A DNA stretch of 32,000 nucleotides from Melioribacteraceae bacterium. GTDB taxonomy: Bacteria; Bacteroidota; Ignavibacteria; Ignavibacteriales; Melioribacteraceae. The notes beneath the pieces were generated by a model. That model did no database searches, was not told where the DNA came from, and was given only the letters and a program-made list of their open reading frames with translations. Positions 16,501-25,559 of the stretch are shown here, piece by piece. Positions within the stretch are counted from its first letter, which is position 1; each line of letters starts with the position of its first letter. The stretch is taken from positions 474,312 through 506,311 of the forward strand of contig CAXXGC010000009.1 in assembly GCA_963667875.2 (NCBI GenBank). The letters are read 5' to 3'. The position numbers were made by a program, and so were the translations under genes.

Positions 16501-16942
16501 CAAATTGTTAGCTATTGTTGATAAATTAAAAGCAAGATTAAATGAATTAAAGGAAGAATATATAACCCTATATGATTTGAAAATGAATAATTTGCAAGCA
16601 AATGAATATTTTGTAAAACTTCCTCAAACACAAAAACATTTTATCCTTGCCAAACATCAATTATTAAAAAAACCGGAAATAAAAGCATTAGACGCAAATA
16701 CGCTTAAAAACGAATTATTACAAGTATCTTTGACGGGTTGGGAAACAAAAATTGCTGCGTTGTTAAGCCAATTTGAATCAGCTACGGAAGATTCAATAAA
16801 GTTATCGGTACCCGAAGCCGAAACATTTTTATTGCCTAGAAGGACTATTAATACAGCCGGAGATATTGAAATATACATACACGAAATTAAGACAAAATTA
16901 GATAAATTAATAAAAAATGGGAAATCGATTATCCTTAAATAG
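13511..16942 (+). CDS. brxC: BREX P-loop ATPase BrxC/PglY
   Basis: About 1140 aa. Walker A is GFFGSGKSH (13736-13762) and Walker B-like is CTIIVLDEVQQF, followed by a long helical C-terminal region. I prefer ATG 13511 with AGGAG (13497-13501) 9 nt upstream; the track uses TTG 13505. Confidence 0.85.
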   Translation: MKNNELFTLNPSENNLINDGVVEINTAKDDKGLQILHHEIKTFVCEGEYQNGIYRILDTYLKHLNQPKQPAAWVSGFFGSGKSHLVKILGYLWEDFVFPNGDTARTLKPLPADIKDLLVELDRKQKIYGKLAVSGTLKDFPSADIRYSFLQLFLNALDLPPQYHHFKFVYWAKQEGIYDDLKTIIETQGKDFRKEYENLFVSSTLAKAVLQLKPEFAENEAKVKENFKANFKRVDNINRQELIDTIKNEVLPLTFGDKVPCTIIVLDEVQQFIGTDGNKTIDIQNLAQDICSNFDSKFLLVGTGQNALSETPFLQPLQDRFTIKVSLSDTDVETVTRKTVLEKKPSVVATINNKLESVLGEISRNLSGTEFGYVTSERNTLVADYPILPATRKFWKKILQSIDTAGTSGQLRSQLRIVDESIKHVAEKELGVVVPADFIFEQKQQQLLQNALLLNETNNIIQERKVKGGDSLLEGRILSVVFLIDQLPNDLPGGILKSDGVTIENLLIENLNESSDIIRNKVKELIKKMVEEKVLMLVNDEYKLQTKVGAEWEQEYTAHAVNINSTGDDKIQQIRKDKISRFFKDKTKTINILHGNSKQRREFEIWDKTEKPNLENKLNIWIRDGWFENELVVLNEIRAEGADKPLAYTFVRKLRDMDLRLEIIKYIAADLTIQSKGLPSTPEGEQAKKSMETRKEMANKTIEDIVEKICNDSIVYLAGGNKVEVGDTKANIDEALNNIADRQFPEFRSKADYKDWDRALLKAIAGEPDALKKILWDKEPKDHPMAIEILRLIGNNNITGKEIRNYFTKSPYGWSQDAIDTIIIMLKNTEHISASEPLINQSKIANSVFKKEIHTISASERIRIRKLYQETGIMCKPGEEFLHSNTLFNKLKELASGISGDAPKPEPINIQFIKEIENLDGNERLLRIVEEQEDLKNKYLEWKNKLELIKKREPQWILLSELAKYASSLQDVDSLLAEIEAINENRLILMEPDPIQPKLLAIVDKLKARLNELKEEYITLYDLKMNNLQANEYFVKLPQTQKHFILAKHQLLKKPEIKALDANTLKNELLQVSLTGWETKIAALLSQFESATEDSIKLSVPEAETFLLPRRTINTAGDIEIYIHEIKTKLDKLIKNGKSIILK

Positions 16943-16973
16943 TTTAGTTGGTTAAAACAAAGAGAAAAAGGTT

Positions 16974-19900
16974 ATGGCAGTACTTACCACACAACAGCGT
17001 AATAAGTTAGAATCAATTGTTATAAATGCAAGAGTGATGGCCGAAAACGGTGCTCGCAATGCTCTTGTTAGTTTTGGGGTTAATGCGGAGTCTCCTTTTG
17101 TTCATATGTCCACCGAACAAAAAACATTGCGCAACCGACTTAGGTATAAAGCCAGATTGTTGGGTGATGAACTTTTGGCTAGCGGGCAACAGCAAATAAA
17201 CCGATTGGCTTATGAGTTAGCTTATGAATATTGGCATAAAATGCTTTTTACAAAGTTTTTAGAGGCTAACGGATTATTAATACATCCCGATGGTGTGCCT
17301 GTTACAATGGCGGAATGTGAAGAACTGGCAAATGAAGTAGGAGTTGGTGATAAATGGGATGTGGCGGCAAATTACGCCTCTAAAATGTTACCCGCTATTT
17401 TTAGAGTAAACGACCCATTAATGAAAATAGAATATGCCGCGGAAGACAGGATTAAACTTGAAAGTTTGTTAGATGGTTTGGACACGGAAATATTTGTGGC
17501 CGATGATGCTCTCGGGTGGGTGTATCAGTTTTGGCAAAGTGAGGCAAAAGCAAAAATTAACGCAAGCGGCGATAAAATTAATGGAGAAAAATTACCCGCC
17601 GTTACACAACTTTTTACCGAACCTTACATGGTGCATTTTTTAATTGATAATACTTTAGGAGCGTGGTGGGTAAGTAGAAATCCGGGAGTTACTCCTCCTG
17701 TTAATTTTGAGTATTTACGAACATTTGATGATGGGAAACCGGCGGCAGGAAGTTTTGAAGGTTGGCCGGATAAAACAGCAGAAATAACTTCTCTTGATCC
17801 TTGTATGGGTTCGGGACATTTTCTTGTATCCCTATTTACCGTTTTTGTTAACCTAAGGATGTTTGAGGAAGGACTAAACAAAGAGGAAGCCACCGATAAA
17901 GTAATTTTAGAAAACTTACACGGTCTTGAAATAGACCCCCGGTGTACACAAATTGCGGCGTTTAACCTTGCTTTAACGGCGTGGAAATTTTGTGGTTTTT
18001 ATAAAATTTTGCCCGAAATGAATTTAGCGTGTAGCGGAATTGCGCCAAAAGGGAAAAAAGAAGATTGGGTAAAGTTAGCCGGTGGAATAAAAGACTCGGT
18101 TCAAAAATCAAGAGCTGAAAACGGCATGAAAGTACTTTATGATCATTTTCAATTAGCTCCCGAACTTGGAAGTCTTTTAGACCCTTCAACAATTAAAGCC
18201 GATGTTTTTACCGCTAGTTTTGAAGAGCTTCAACCTTTATTAAATAAAGCTTTGTTAAGTGAAATTGGCGATGAACAAACAGAAATTGGGGTTGTTGCGG
18301 CCGGAATTGCTAAAGCGGGTCAGTTGTTGGCTAAAAAATATACTTTACAAATTACTAATGTGCCATATCTTTCGAGGGGTAAGCAAGATAAAATAATTGC
18401 TGATTATTGCGATAAATATTTTAATGAAGCTAAAGGTGACTTATCAACCGTCTTTTTTTCTAAAATGATAAAATTCAATACGTTTGGGGGTCTTTCTTGT
18501 TGTGTGATTCCGCAAAATTGGCTTTTTCTTACTTCAAATAAAAAATTACGAGAAAAATTATTAAAGGGTGAGTCATGGTGTTTTGTTGCAAAATTGGGGA
18601 CAAAAGCATTCCAAACACCTATGTGGGATTTTAATGTCATGCTTATAGCGATAGCTCATAAAACACCCACAATTGATCAAGTTTTTATTGGTGTTGATGT
18701 TTCGGAGGCAAATAACACGCAAATAAAAAATAGTTCTATTAAAACAGTTGCATTTACACCATTTATTCAGAAAAAGCAATTGAGCAATCCAGAATACAAA
18801 GTTATTTTGGCTGAATTTGACAAGTTGCAATTTTTGAATATTTATGCTTTTTCATATCAAGGAATAAAAACCGGTGACGATTCGAGGTTTAGATTTTCTT
18901 TATGGGAAATAACGAATTACAATATTTGGAAGCCTTTACAGAGTACAGTTAAGAAAACAACGTTATTCGGTGGATTAAGTGATGTGATACCATGGTATGA
19001 CAATGGACATTATTTGAGTAGAAGGCAGGGTGTGGCTGGTTGGGGTAAGCATGGTGTATCCGTAAGTCAAATGGGATCCCTTCCCTGTTCGATTCATCTC
19101 GGTTATTTATTTGACTCCAATATCTCAGCACTTATACCTAAGAAGGATATTTATAATTTCCCGATTTGGGCTTACTGCTCCTCCGAAAATTATTGCAAGG
19201 ATGTAAGAATCATTGATCAAGCCCTTGCAGCTTCTAATACAGCTATGGCTCAAGTAAATTTCGACATTGAATATTGGCAAAAAATTGCATCTGAAAAATA
19301 CCCAAACGGTTTACCCAAACCATATAGTGACGACCCAACACAATGGTTATTCCATGGAAATCCAATAAAAGCGGATAACCCTTTACAGGTAGCTGTAGCA
19401 CGTTTGTTGGGGTATAAATGGCCTGCGGAAAGTGATGAAAATATGGAGTTGGCCGATGAAGCTAAAGCTTTAATAAAAACAATAAAACAATTTGATAAAT
19501 TAGCTGATGAAGACGGCATTGTATGCTTACCATCTGTAAACGGTGAATTTTCGGCAGCTGACAGACTGAGAAACTATTTGCAAACCGTTTTGGGAGATGA
19601 TTGGAATAACCAATTATTAGAACAATTTTTGGCAAAAGAAAATACAAAAAAAACTAACCTTGAAGATTGGTTAAAAGAAGAATTTTTTGAACAACATTGT
19701 AAACTATTTAATAACCGCCCTTTTATTTGGCACATTTGGGACGGAAGAAAAGACGGATTTAGTGTTTTAGTTAATTACCATAAACTAACAAAAGAAAATT
19801 TACAAAAGCTTGTATTTACATATTTAGGTGATTGGATAAGGCAATGTGAAGCAAAAAAGAAATTAGGCGAAAGTGGTGCCGAAGGATTATTAAGCGCGGC

Positions 19901-20192
19901 GGTAAAATTAAACGATAAATTAAAAGCAATTCTTGAAGGCGAAAACCCGTTAGATATTTTTGTTAGATGGAAACCGATTGAAAAACAACCTATCGGTTGG
20001 GAACCCGACTTAAACGACGGTGTAAGGTTAAATATAAGACCTTTTATTATAGCAGGAGTATTAAGAAAAAACCCAAACATTAAATGGGGCATAGATAGAG
20101 GTAAAAATCCTAAAAACTCGCCATGGGGTGAAATTAGAGATAATGATAGACATTTGAGTTTGGAAGAGAAATTAAGAGCAAGGGGGAAATAG
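16974..20192 (+). CDS. pglX: BREX N6-adenine DNA methyltransferase PglX
   Basis: 1072 aa. The SAM-binding motif I is LDPCMGSGHF (17793-17822). The catalytic motif IV reads NVPY (18357-18368) in place of the usual NPPY/F. Its position between brxC and pglZ fits pglX. Confidence 0.9.
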   Translation: MAVLTTQQRNKLESIVINARVMAENGARNALVSFGVNAESPFVHMSTEQKTLRNRLRYKARLLGDELLASGQQQINRLAYELAYEYWHKMLFTKFLEANGLLIHPDGVPVTMAECEELANEVGVGDKWDVAANYASKMLPAIFRVNDPLMKIEYAAEDRIKLESLLDGLDTEIFVADDALGWVYQFWQSEAKAKINASGDKINGEKLPAVTQLFTEPYMVHFLIDNTLGAWWVSRNPGVTPPVNFEYLRTFDDGKPAAGSFEGWPDKTAEITSLDPCMGSGHFLVSLFTVFVNLRMFEEGLNKEEATDKVILENLHGLEIDPRCTQIAAFNLALTAWKFCGFYKILPEMNLACSGIAPKGKKEDWVKLAGGIKDSVQKSRAENGMKVLYDHFQLAPELGSLLDPSTIKADVFTASFEELQPLLNKALLSEIGDEQTEIGVVAAGIAKAGQLLAKKYTLQITNVPYLSRGKQDKIIADYCDKYFNEAKGDLSTVFFSKMIKFNTFGGLSCCVIPQNWLFLTSNKKLREKLLKGESWCFVAKLGTKAFQTPMWDFNVMLIAIAHKTPTIDQVFIGVDVSEANNTQIKNSSIKTVAFTPFIQKKQLSNPEYKVILAEFDKLQFLNIYAFSYQGIKTGDDSRFRFSLWEITNYNIWKPLQSTVKKTTLFGGLSDVIPWYDNGHYLSRRQGVAGWGKHGVSVSQMGSLPCSIHLGYLFDSNISALIPKKDIYNFPIWAYCSSENYCKDVRIIDQALAASNTAMAQVNFDIEYWQKIASEKYPNGLPKPYSDDPTQWLFHGNPIKADNPLQVAVARLLGYKWPAESDENMELADEAKALIKTIKQFDKLADEDGIVCLPSVNGEFSAADRLRNYLQTVLGDDWNNQLLEQFLAKENTKKTNLEDWLKEEFFEQHCKLFNNRPFIWHIWDGRKDGFSVLVNYHKLTKENLQKLVFTYLGDWIRQCEAKKKLGESGAEGLLSAAVKLNDKLKAILEGENPLDIFVRWKPIEKQPIGWEPDLNDGVRLNIRPFIIAGVLRKNPNIKWGIDRGKNPKNSPWGEIRDNDRHLSLEEKLRARGK

Positions 20193-21164
20193 ATGAAAAC
20201 CGAATTTGATATATGCACTATTTTTAATATGCCTTTCCCGGCAATGTCTGTTTATGATTTTTATCAATACGTAAAGGGAAATGAGGTTCGTTCTTATTGG
20301 GATCAATCGACAATTTATTTTATATGTCAACGTGCTGTTATATATTTTGATGAATTAACAGTCGGTGAAGCATCTGTCTCAGCAAAAATAAAACAAAGAG
20401 GCACCTCAAAAGAAATTGACATTGAATTACCTTTATGTAAAGGTAGTGATTTGAATCCTGAAGGCGATAGCCTAACAGTTGATGTCCGATTCTATTCGGT
20501 TACTCACGAAGAAGTACCACCTTTTAATAATGTCGCTGGTTTTCAATTATTTGATAAGGATAAAAATTTTATTGTGTGGTTTACTCCGGAAAGATTAATT
20601 TATGATCACGTTATACGAGGCTTAAATGTAAAATTTAATGGGGACTTCCATCAATTTTTAGATTACAATGTGCATTATATCGGACAAGCTCAAGATCAAA
20701 AAATTTGGGAAAGGTTAAAAAATCATGAGACACTTCAAAGAATTATTGCTACAGAACACCCTTATATCAATGGAGAATATTCGTCTTATGAATTTGTTTT
20801 AATATTTTTACAAAACATAGGTGCTGATATAATTAATTATATTTTACCAGAAGAATCTGATTTTGTGTCTGATTCTTCCAAAACTAAATTTATAGAGGAT
20901 CTGTCTAATTTAGAACAAGAACAAATTCTTGATAAAATTAAAAAAGAAATAACAAATGATATTGAGGCTTATCTCGTAAATCTTTTTGAGCCTAAGCAAA
21001 ACAAAATTCTTTTCAAAAATTATCCAAACATTACGAATGGATTAAAATCCCTCGGGTATAATAATATTACTCACGAATTTATGGTATTAGGTGATTTGCA
21101 CACAGAAGAGGGCTCGTACTTTATTAAAACGGCCCCAATATATATTAATAAGAGCGATCAATGA
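20193..21164 (+). CDS. hypothetical protein embedded in the BREX operon, 323 aa; weak GIY-YIG-like motif
   Basis: The ATG immediately follows the pglX stop, with GGGGGA 5 nt upstream. The stop overlaps the pglZ start (ATGA). GDFHQFLDYNVHYIGQAQDQKIWERLKNH (20640-20726) loosely fits GIY-x9-YIG-x-A...R...H, but the spacing is 2 aa longer than canonical and no clear downstream E/N motif is present. Confidence 0.7.
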   Translation: MKTEFDICTIFNMPFPAMSVYDFYQYVKGNEVRSYWDQSTIYFICQRAVIYFDELTVGEASVSAKIKQRGTSKEIDIELPLCKGSDLNPEGDSLTVDVRFYSVTHEEVPPFNNVAGFQLFDKDKNFIVWFTPERLIYDHVIRGLNVKFNGDFHQFLDYNVHYIGQAQDQKIWERLKNHETLQRIIATEHPYINGEYSSYEFVLIFLQNIGADIINYILPEESDFVSDSSKTKFIEDLSNLEQEQILDKIKKEITNDIEAYLVNLFEPKQNKILFKNYPNITNGLKSLGYNNITHEFMVLGDLHTEEGSYFIKTAPIYINKSDQ

Positions 21165-23476
21165 ACAACTCCCTTTTGAATAAAATTAGCAAGAGCTTAA
21201 AAGATATGAGTAAGAGTAACTCAAATCTGATTACTCCACCTGAAGTTATATTATGGCCCGATCCCGAAAAACAATGGGAATCTATCATTCCAATTTTAAG
21301 AATGGAGTTCCCCGAACTGTTAACATTGGGTGAATTTTTGCCCGATAAAAAACAAGGGCCCGCTATTTGGATAAAATGTATGGTTGCCAAGGTTTTGCCC
21401 CAGGCGGATTGGTCTAATGATACAATACCCATAATTTATATGCCGGGAATATCGAAGGGGGATTTCAAAAACATTTCCTCCGCCGGTATGGATTTGCAGC
21501 CGTTAATGGAATACCAATATACAGGAACGATTTTTACACAGATTAACGGCAAAGAATGGACGGTGTTGGCTTTTTTTGAAAATGAACAATTAGGTTTAGG
21601 ATTAAAAGTAGCACAAGATAAATTAACACGCGAAACTTTGGTTAAAGTATTACCAACTATTTTTCAAGATCATACTATTAAGTATCCCGCTATTATTGAT
21701 GTTGATTTTTTGAATTCATTATTGTTCCCCGATGTTTATCCTTCTGTTTTGAATTGGATGTGTAAAGGAGACGAATTTATAAAATCACTTCCGCTTAATA
21801 AACAGGATGTGTTTATTAATTTATGCCGCTCGCGATTTGAGTTTGACCCGGATTATAAAAACATTATTGCAATTGTTCAAATGTTTGGGATGCAAAATAA
21901 CGCATGGAGACATGTTTGGCAGTTGTTTGCATCATCGCCAAAAAAATATCCAGAATTGGAAGAATTGTTAAGATTAGCAAAACCTGAAGATATGGGTTAC
22001 GCGTTATTTGAGGTTAAAAAAGAAAGTTGGCCTCAAATAAATGAAACTTTAGAAAACGAACTAAGAGCATTGTTACTTAATATAACAAATTTACACCCCA
22101 AAGAAATTTTAATTAAGTTAAACGAATTAGAAGAAAACCATTCCGAAAGAAGGGGTTGGGTTTGGGCTGAATTTGGTTATTCATCATTAGCGCAAACATT
22201 ACCTCATTTGTTATTAATGACTAAGTTATCAACAAAAGCGTTTCCATTTACAACTATTGATGACTTAACACACTATTATGTTACCGATGGTTGTAAAATT
22301 GACCAAGAAATGAGAAAATCTTTATTGTGTGTAAAGACGGAACAAGATAAAGATGTGATAATAAAATTAATTAATGTAATTTATAAACCTTGGCTGGAAA
22401 CGATAACTAATAAGTTTCAAACTTTGGTAACAACTAATCCTTCCTTGTTTATAGTAAAAGATATATTAGCTGAGTCTGATGAATATATACTTTTTGTTGA
22501 TGCGTTTAGATATGAACTGGCCCAAGAATTTATGGAAAGACTTAATAAACAGAAATATAAAATTGAACTTAATAATGTTTGGTCAGCTCTGCCAAGTTTA
22601 ACCCCAACCGCAAAGCCAAATGTTTCACCAATTGTTAAAGATATAAATCCAAATAGTAACTGTAATGAGTTTAGGCCGCAGCTTAATAATGGTAGAGATC
22701 TTCAAATAACACAGTTTAGAGAATTATTAGAGGAAAATAATTATAGGGTTGTTACTAACATTTCAACTATTGAAACCGGCCGAAACTATTGGCAGGAAAT
22801 TGGAGATATTGATACACGTGGACATGAGGAACAATCAGACATAATAAAACGGATAAACGAACTTTTTGATAAAATACAAGAGGTTTTAGAAACCGTATTT
22901 AATAAAGGTATTAACCGCATTAAAATAGTAACGGATCACGGATGGCTTTTATTGCCCGGCGGATTACCAAAGGAAGATTTGAATAAAAACTTAACGGAAA
23001 CTCGCTGGGGTAGATGTGCGCTTATTAAAGAAGGCGCGGAAACAAATTTATTGCAACTTCCGTGGCGTTGGAATCCAAATATTTTTATAGCTTATGCTAC
23101 GGGTATTTCGTTTTTCAAAAAAAATGAAGAATATGCTCACGGAGGAATATCGTTACATGAATGTCTTATTCCGGTGTTAACAATTGAAAAAATAGAGCAT
23201 TCAATTATTGAAGCCAAAATATCTACCATTAAATGGGTGGGATTAACATGCAAAGTTGAGACTATCCAAACACCCGATGGGTATAAAGTGGATTTAAGAT
23301 TAAATTATAATGTTGAGGAATCATCAATTGTTATAAGCAATAAAGAAAAAAAGGTTATTAACAATAAAATTTCAATTATGGTAGATGGTGACGCTGACCA
23401 AAAATCGGCAGTAGTTGTTTTAACAGATGAAAACGGAAGAATATTAGATAAAAAACCAACCTTGGTGGGATCATGA
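21161..23476 (+). CDS. pglZ: BREX alkaline-phosphatase-superfamily protein PglZ
   Basis: 771 aa. YILFVDAFRYELAQEF and IVTDHGWLLLPGG are PglZ-domain hallmarks. Its position fits pglZ, and a 4-nt overlap joins it to brxL. Confidence 0.85.
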   Translation: MNNSLLNKISKSLKDMSKSNSNLITPPEVILWPDPEKQWESIIPILRMEFPELLTLGEFLPDKKQGPAIWIKCMVAKVLPQADWSNDTIPIIYMPGISKGDFKNISSAGMDLQPLMEYQYTGTIFTQINGKEWTVLAFFENEQLGLGLKVAQDKLTRETLVKVLPTIFQDHTIKYPAIIDVDFLNSLLFPDVYPSVLNWMCKGDEFIKSLPLNKQDVFINLCRSRFEFDPDYKNIIAIVQMFGMQNNAWRHVWQLFASSPKKYPELEELLRLAKPEDMGYALFEVKKESWPQINETLENELRALLLNITNLHPKEILIKLNELEENHSERRGWVWAEFGYSSLAQTLPHLLLMTKLSTKAFPFTTIDDLTHYYVTDGCKIDQEMRKSLLCVKTEQDKDVIIKLINVIYKPWLETITNKFQTLVTTNPSLFIVKDILAESDEYILFVDAFRYELAQEFMERLNKQKYKIELNNVWSALPSLTPTAKPNVSPIVKDINPNSNCNEFRPQLNNGRDLQITQFRELLEENNYRVVTNISTIETGRNYWQEIGDIDTRGHEEQSDIIKRINELFDKIQEVLETVFNKGINRIKIVTDHGWLLLPGGLPKEDLNKNLTETRWGRCALIKEGAETNLLQLPWRWNPNIFIAYATGISFFKKNEEYAHGGISLHECLIPVLTIEKIEHSIIEAKISTIKWVGLTCKVETIQTPDGYKVDLRLNYNVEESSIVISNKEKKVINNKISIMVDGDADQKSAVVVLTDENGRILDKKPTLVGS

Positions 23477-25524
23477 CAATGAAATTGGACGAAATCGATC
23501 AAATTGCAACAAAAGGTTTTGAAGGTTATGTAGTACGAAAAGATTTACTTGAACAGTTCAGAAAAACCTATCCGGTACCAACTTATGTTATTGAATTTTT
23601 ATTGGGTAGATATTGTGCTACAACCGATGAACAGGAAATACAAGAAGGATTGGAAATTGTTAAACGTCAACTTTCTGATCGCACAGTTAGGCCGGGTGAG
23701 GAAGAATATTTCAAATCGAAAGCAAGAGAGTTGGGTTCGATAAAAATTATTGATATTATTACCGCCAAATTAGATTCCGCAACCGATAGTTATATTGCTA
23801 CACTTCCAAGTTTAAGATTAAATAAAATTAGAATTACCCCCGAAATGGTAAATTCAAACGACAGGATGCTGACAGGTGGTTTTTATGCGGAAATAGAATT
23901 GGAATATGATAGTGCTATAGCTCAAGAAAATAACGGCAGACCCTTTGGCATTACAAGTATAAGACCAATTCAACTTTCACAAAGAAATGTGTTAGATTCC
24001 TTGTACACGGGAAGAAAAGCTTTTACTGTTGGACAATGGAAAGATTTTTTAATCCGCAGCGTTGGAATGGAACCGTCGGAATTATCGGAAAAAGCAAAAA
24101 ATGTTTTATTTGTAAGAATGATACCTTTTGTTGAACGAAACTATAACATGGTTGAGCTTGGCCCAAAAGGAACGGGTAAGTCGCATATATACCAGCAAAT
24201 ATCCCCATATTCACATCTTGTTTCAGGGGGTAAAACCACAGTTGCCCGAATGTTTGTAAATATGTCAACCGGAGAACGCGGTCTTGTTTGTAAATACGAT
24301 GTTGTGTGTTTTGATGAGGTTAACGGTGTTTCGTTTGATCAGAAAGATGGCGTAAACATTATGAAAGGATATATGGAAAGTGGTGAGTTTAGCAGAGGGA
24401 AAGAACCTATAAGAGCCGATGGCAGCGTAGTTATGGTTGGCAACTTTGAAGTGGATGTTGAACATCAACAACGTATAGGTCATTTGTTTGGGCCGCTTCC
24501 TCAGGAGATGCGGGACGATACAGCGTTTATGGATCGTATTCACGCTTATGTTCCGGGTTGGGATTTCCCTAAACTTAACAAGTCGTTTTTTACAGGTCAT
24601 TTTGGTTTAGTAAACGATTTTTTAGCTGAATGTTTTACACGATTACGAGATACAAACAGAATAACCTCTGTGTTGCCCCGCATAGATTTTGGTGGAGCTT
24701 TAAGCGGCAGAGATAATGCCGCGGTAAATAAAACGTTAAATGGGCTGTTAAAACTTATGCAGCCCAATCCGAATGAACCGATATCGGATGAATTATTAGA
24801 ATGGGCGATAAAAATATCTTTAGAATATAGAAGAAGAGTAAAAGAGCAACAAAAAAGGATAGGCTCGGCGGAATTTCGAAACACTCATTTTAGTTATCGT
24901 ATTGGTGACGAGGGTATTGAAACATTTGTGGTTACTCCCGAAGTTCATAGCGAAAATACAATTGGAGAGGATCCATTACCTCCGGGGCAAGTTTGGACAA
25001 TTAACACTGGGAATATGGATGAGTCGGCAGGACTTTATAAAGTGGAAGTTAATATTGGTCCCGGCAGCGGAGTAAGAGTTCTAAACAAACCTACCCCACC
25101 TCAATTTTTAGAAAGTGTTCGTTACGCCGAACAAAATTTGTATAGTAAAACAAAAGATCTTGTTGGGGATAGGGATCCGAGATTACATGAATTTTCCATA
25201 CAATTACGATCTTTTGATGTTTCTAAAAGCGGCAGCGGAATAGGCATTGCGGTATTAGTAGCATTATCAAGTGCACTGTTAGAAAAAAACATTAAAGGGG
25301 GCTTATTAATAGTTGGACAGTTAAATCTTGGCGGTTCAATTGATAACTTATATAATGCCGTAAATTTAGCCGAATTAGCAATTGAAAAGGGTTCTACAAC
25401 ATTGTTAATTCCCCTTAATGCTCGTAAACAATTAAATGATCTATCGGATGAAATGGTTACAAAAATTAACATCCAATATTACTCCAATTTACGAGATTGT
25501 TTGTTAAAAGCTTTGGTGGAGTAA
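23473..25524 (+). CDS. brxL: BREX Lon-like protease/ATPase BrxL
   Basis: 683 aa. Walker A is GPKGTGKSH (24160-24186) and Walker B is VVCFDEV. The C-terminal region is Lon-protease-like (SKSGSGIGIAVLVALSSAL...GGLLIVGQLNLGGSI). ATG 23479 is an alternative start. Confidence 0.85.
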   Translation: MTMKLDEIDQIATKGFEGYVVRKDLLEQFRKTYPVPTYVIEFLLGRYCATTDEQEIQEGLEIVKRQLSDRTVRPGEEEYFKSKARELGSIKIIDIITAKLDSATDSYIATLPSLRLNKIRITPEMVNSNDRMLTGGFYAEIELEYDSAIAQENNGRPFGITSIRPIQLSQRNVLDSLYTGRKAFTVGQWKDFLIRSVGMEPSELSEKAKNVLFVRMIPFVERNYNMVELGPKGTGKSHIYQQISPYSHLVSGGKTTVARMFVNMSTGERGLVCKYDVVCFDEVNGVSFDQKDGVNIMKGYMESGEFSRGKEPIRADGSVVMVGNFEVDVEHQQRIGHLFGPLPQEMRDDTAFMDRIHAYVPGWDFPKLNKSFFTGHFGLVNDFLAECFTRLRDTNRITSVLPRIDFGGALSGRDNAAVNKTLNGLLKLMQPNPNEPISDELLEWAIKISLEYRRRVKEQQKRIGSAEFRNTHFSYRIGDEGIETFVVTPEVHSENTIGEDPLPPGQVWTINTGNMDESAGLYKVEVNIGPGSGVRVLNKPTPPQFLESVRYAEQNLYSKTKDLVGDRDPRLHEFSIQLRSFDVSKSGSGIGIAVLVALSSALLEKNIKGGLLIVGQLNLGGSIDNLYNAVNLAELAIEKGSTTLLIPLNARKQLNDLSDEMVTKINIQYYSNLRDCLLKALVE

Positions 25525-25559
25525 AATAACTTTTTATTCAAAATATTGTTTGAGGTCAA

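Noticed and set aside
17013-20218. Series of - strand ORFs (60-147 aa, including 19775..20218) antisense to pglX.
   Set aside because: All lie inside the motif-supported PglX frame, have no SD or recognisable domain, and are rich in Leu/Ser/Phe as expected for antisense frames.
21145-21432. 95-aa - strand ORF spanning the junction between the insert gene and pglZ.
   Set aside because: It is antisense to two coupled, well-supported + strand genes and has no independent signals.
24023-25472. Four - strand ORFs (81-116 aa) antisense to brxL, plus the + strand alternate-frame ORFs 23549..23743 and 25550..25765.
   Set aside because: They are shadows of the BrxL and membrane-protein frames. None has an SD or a motif.
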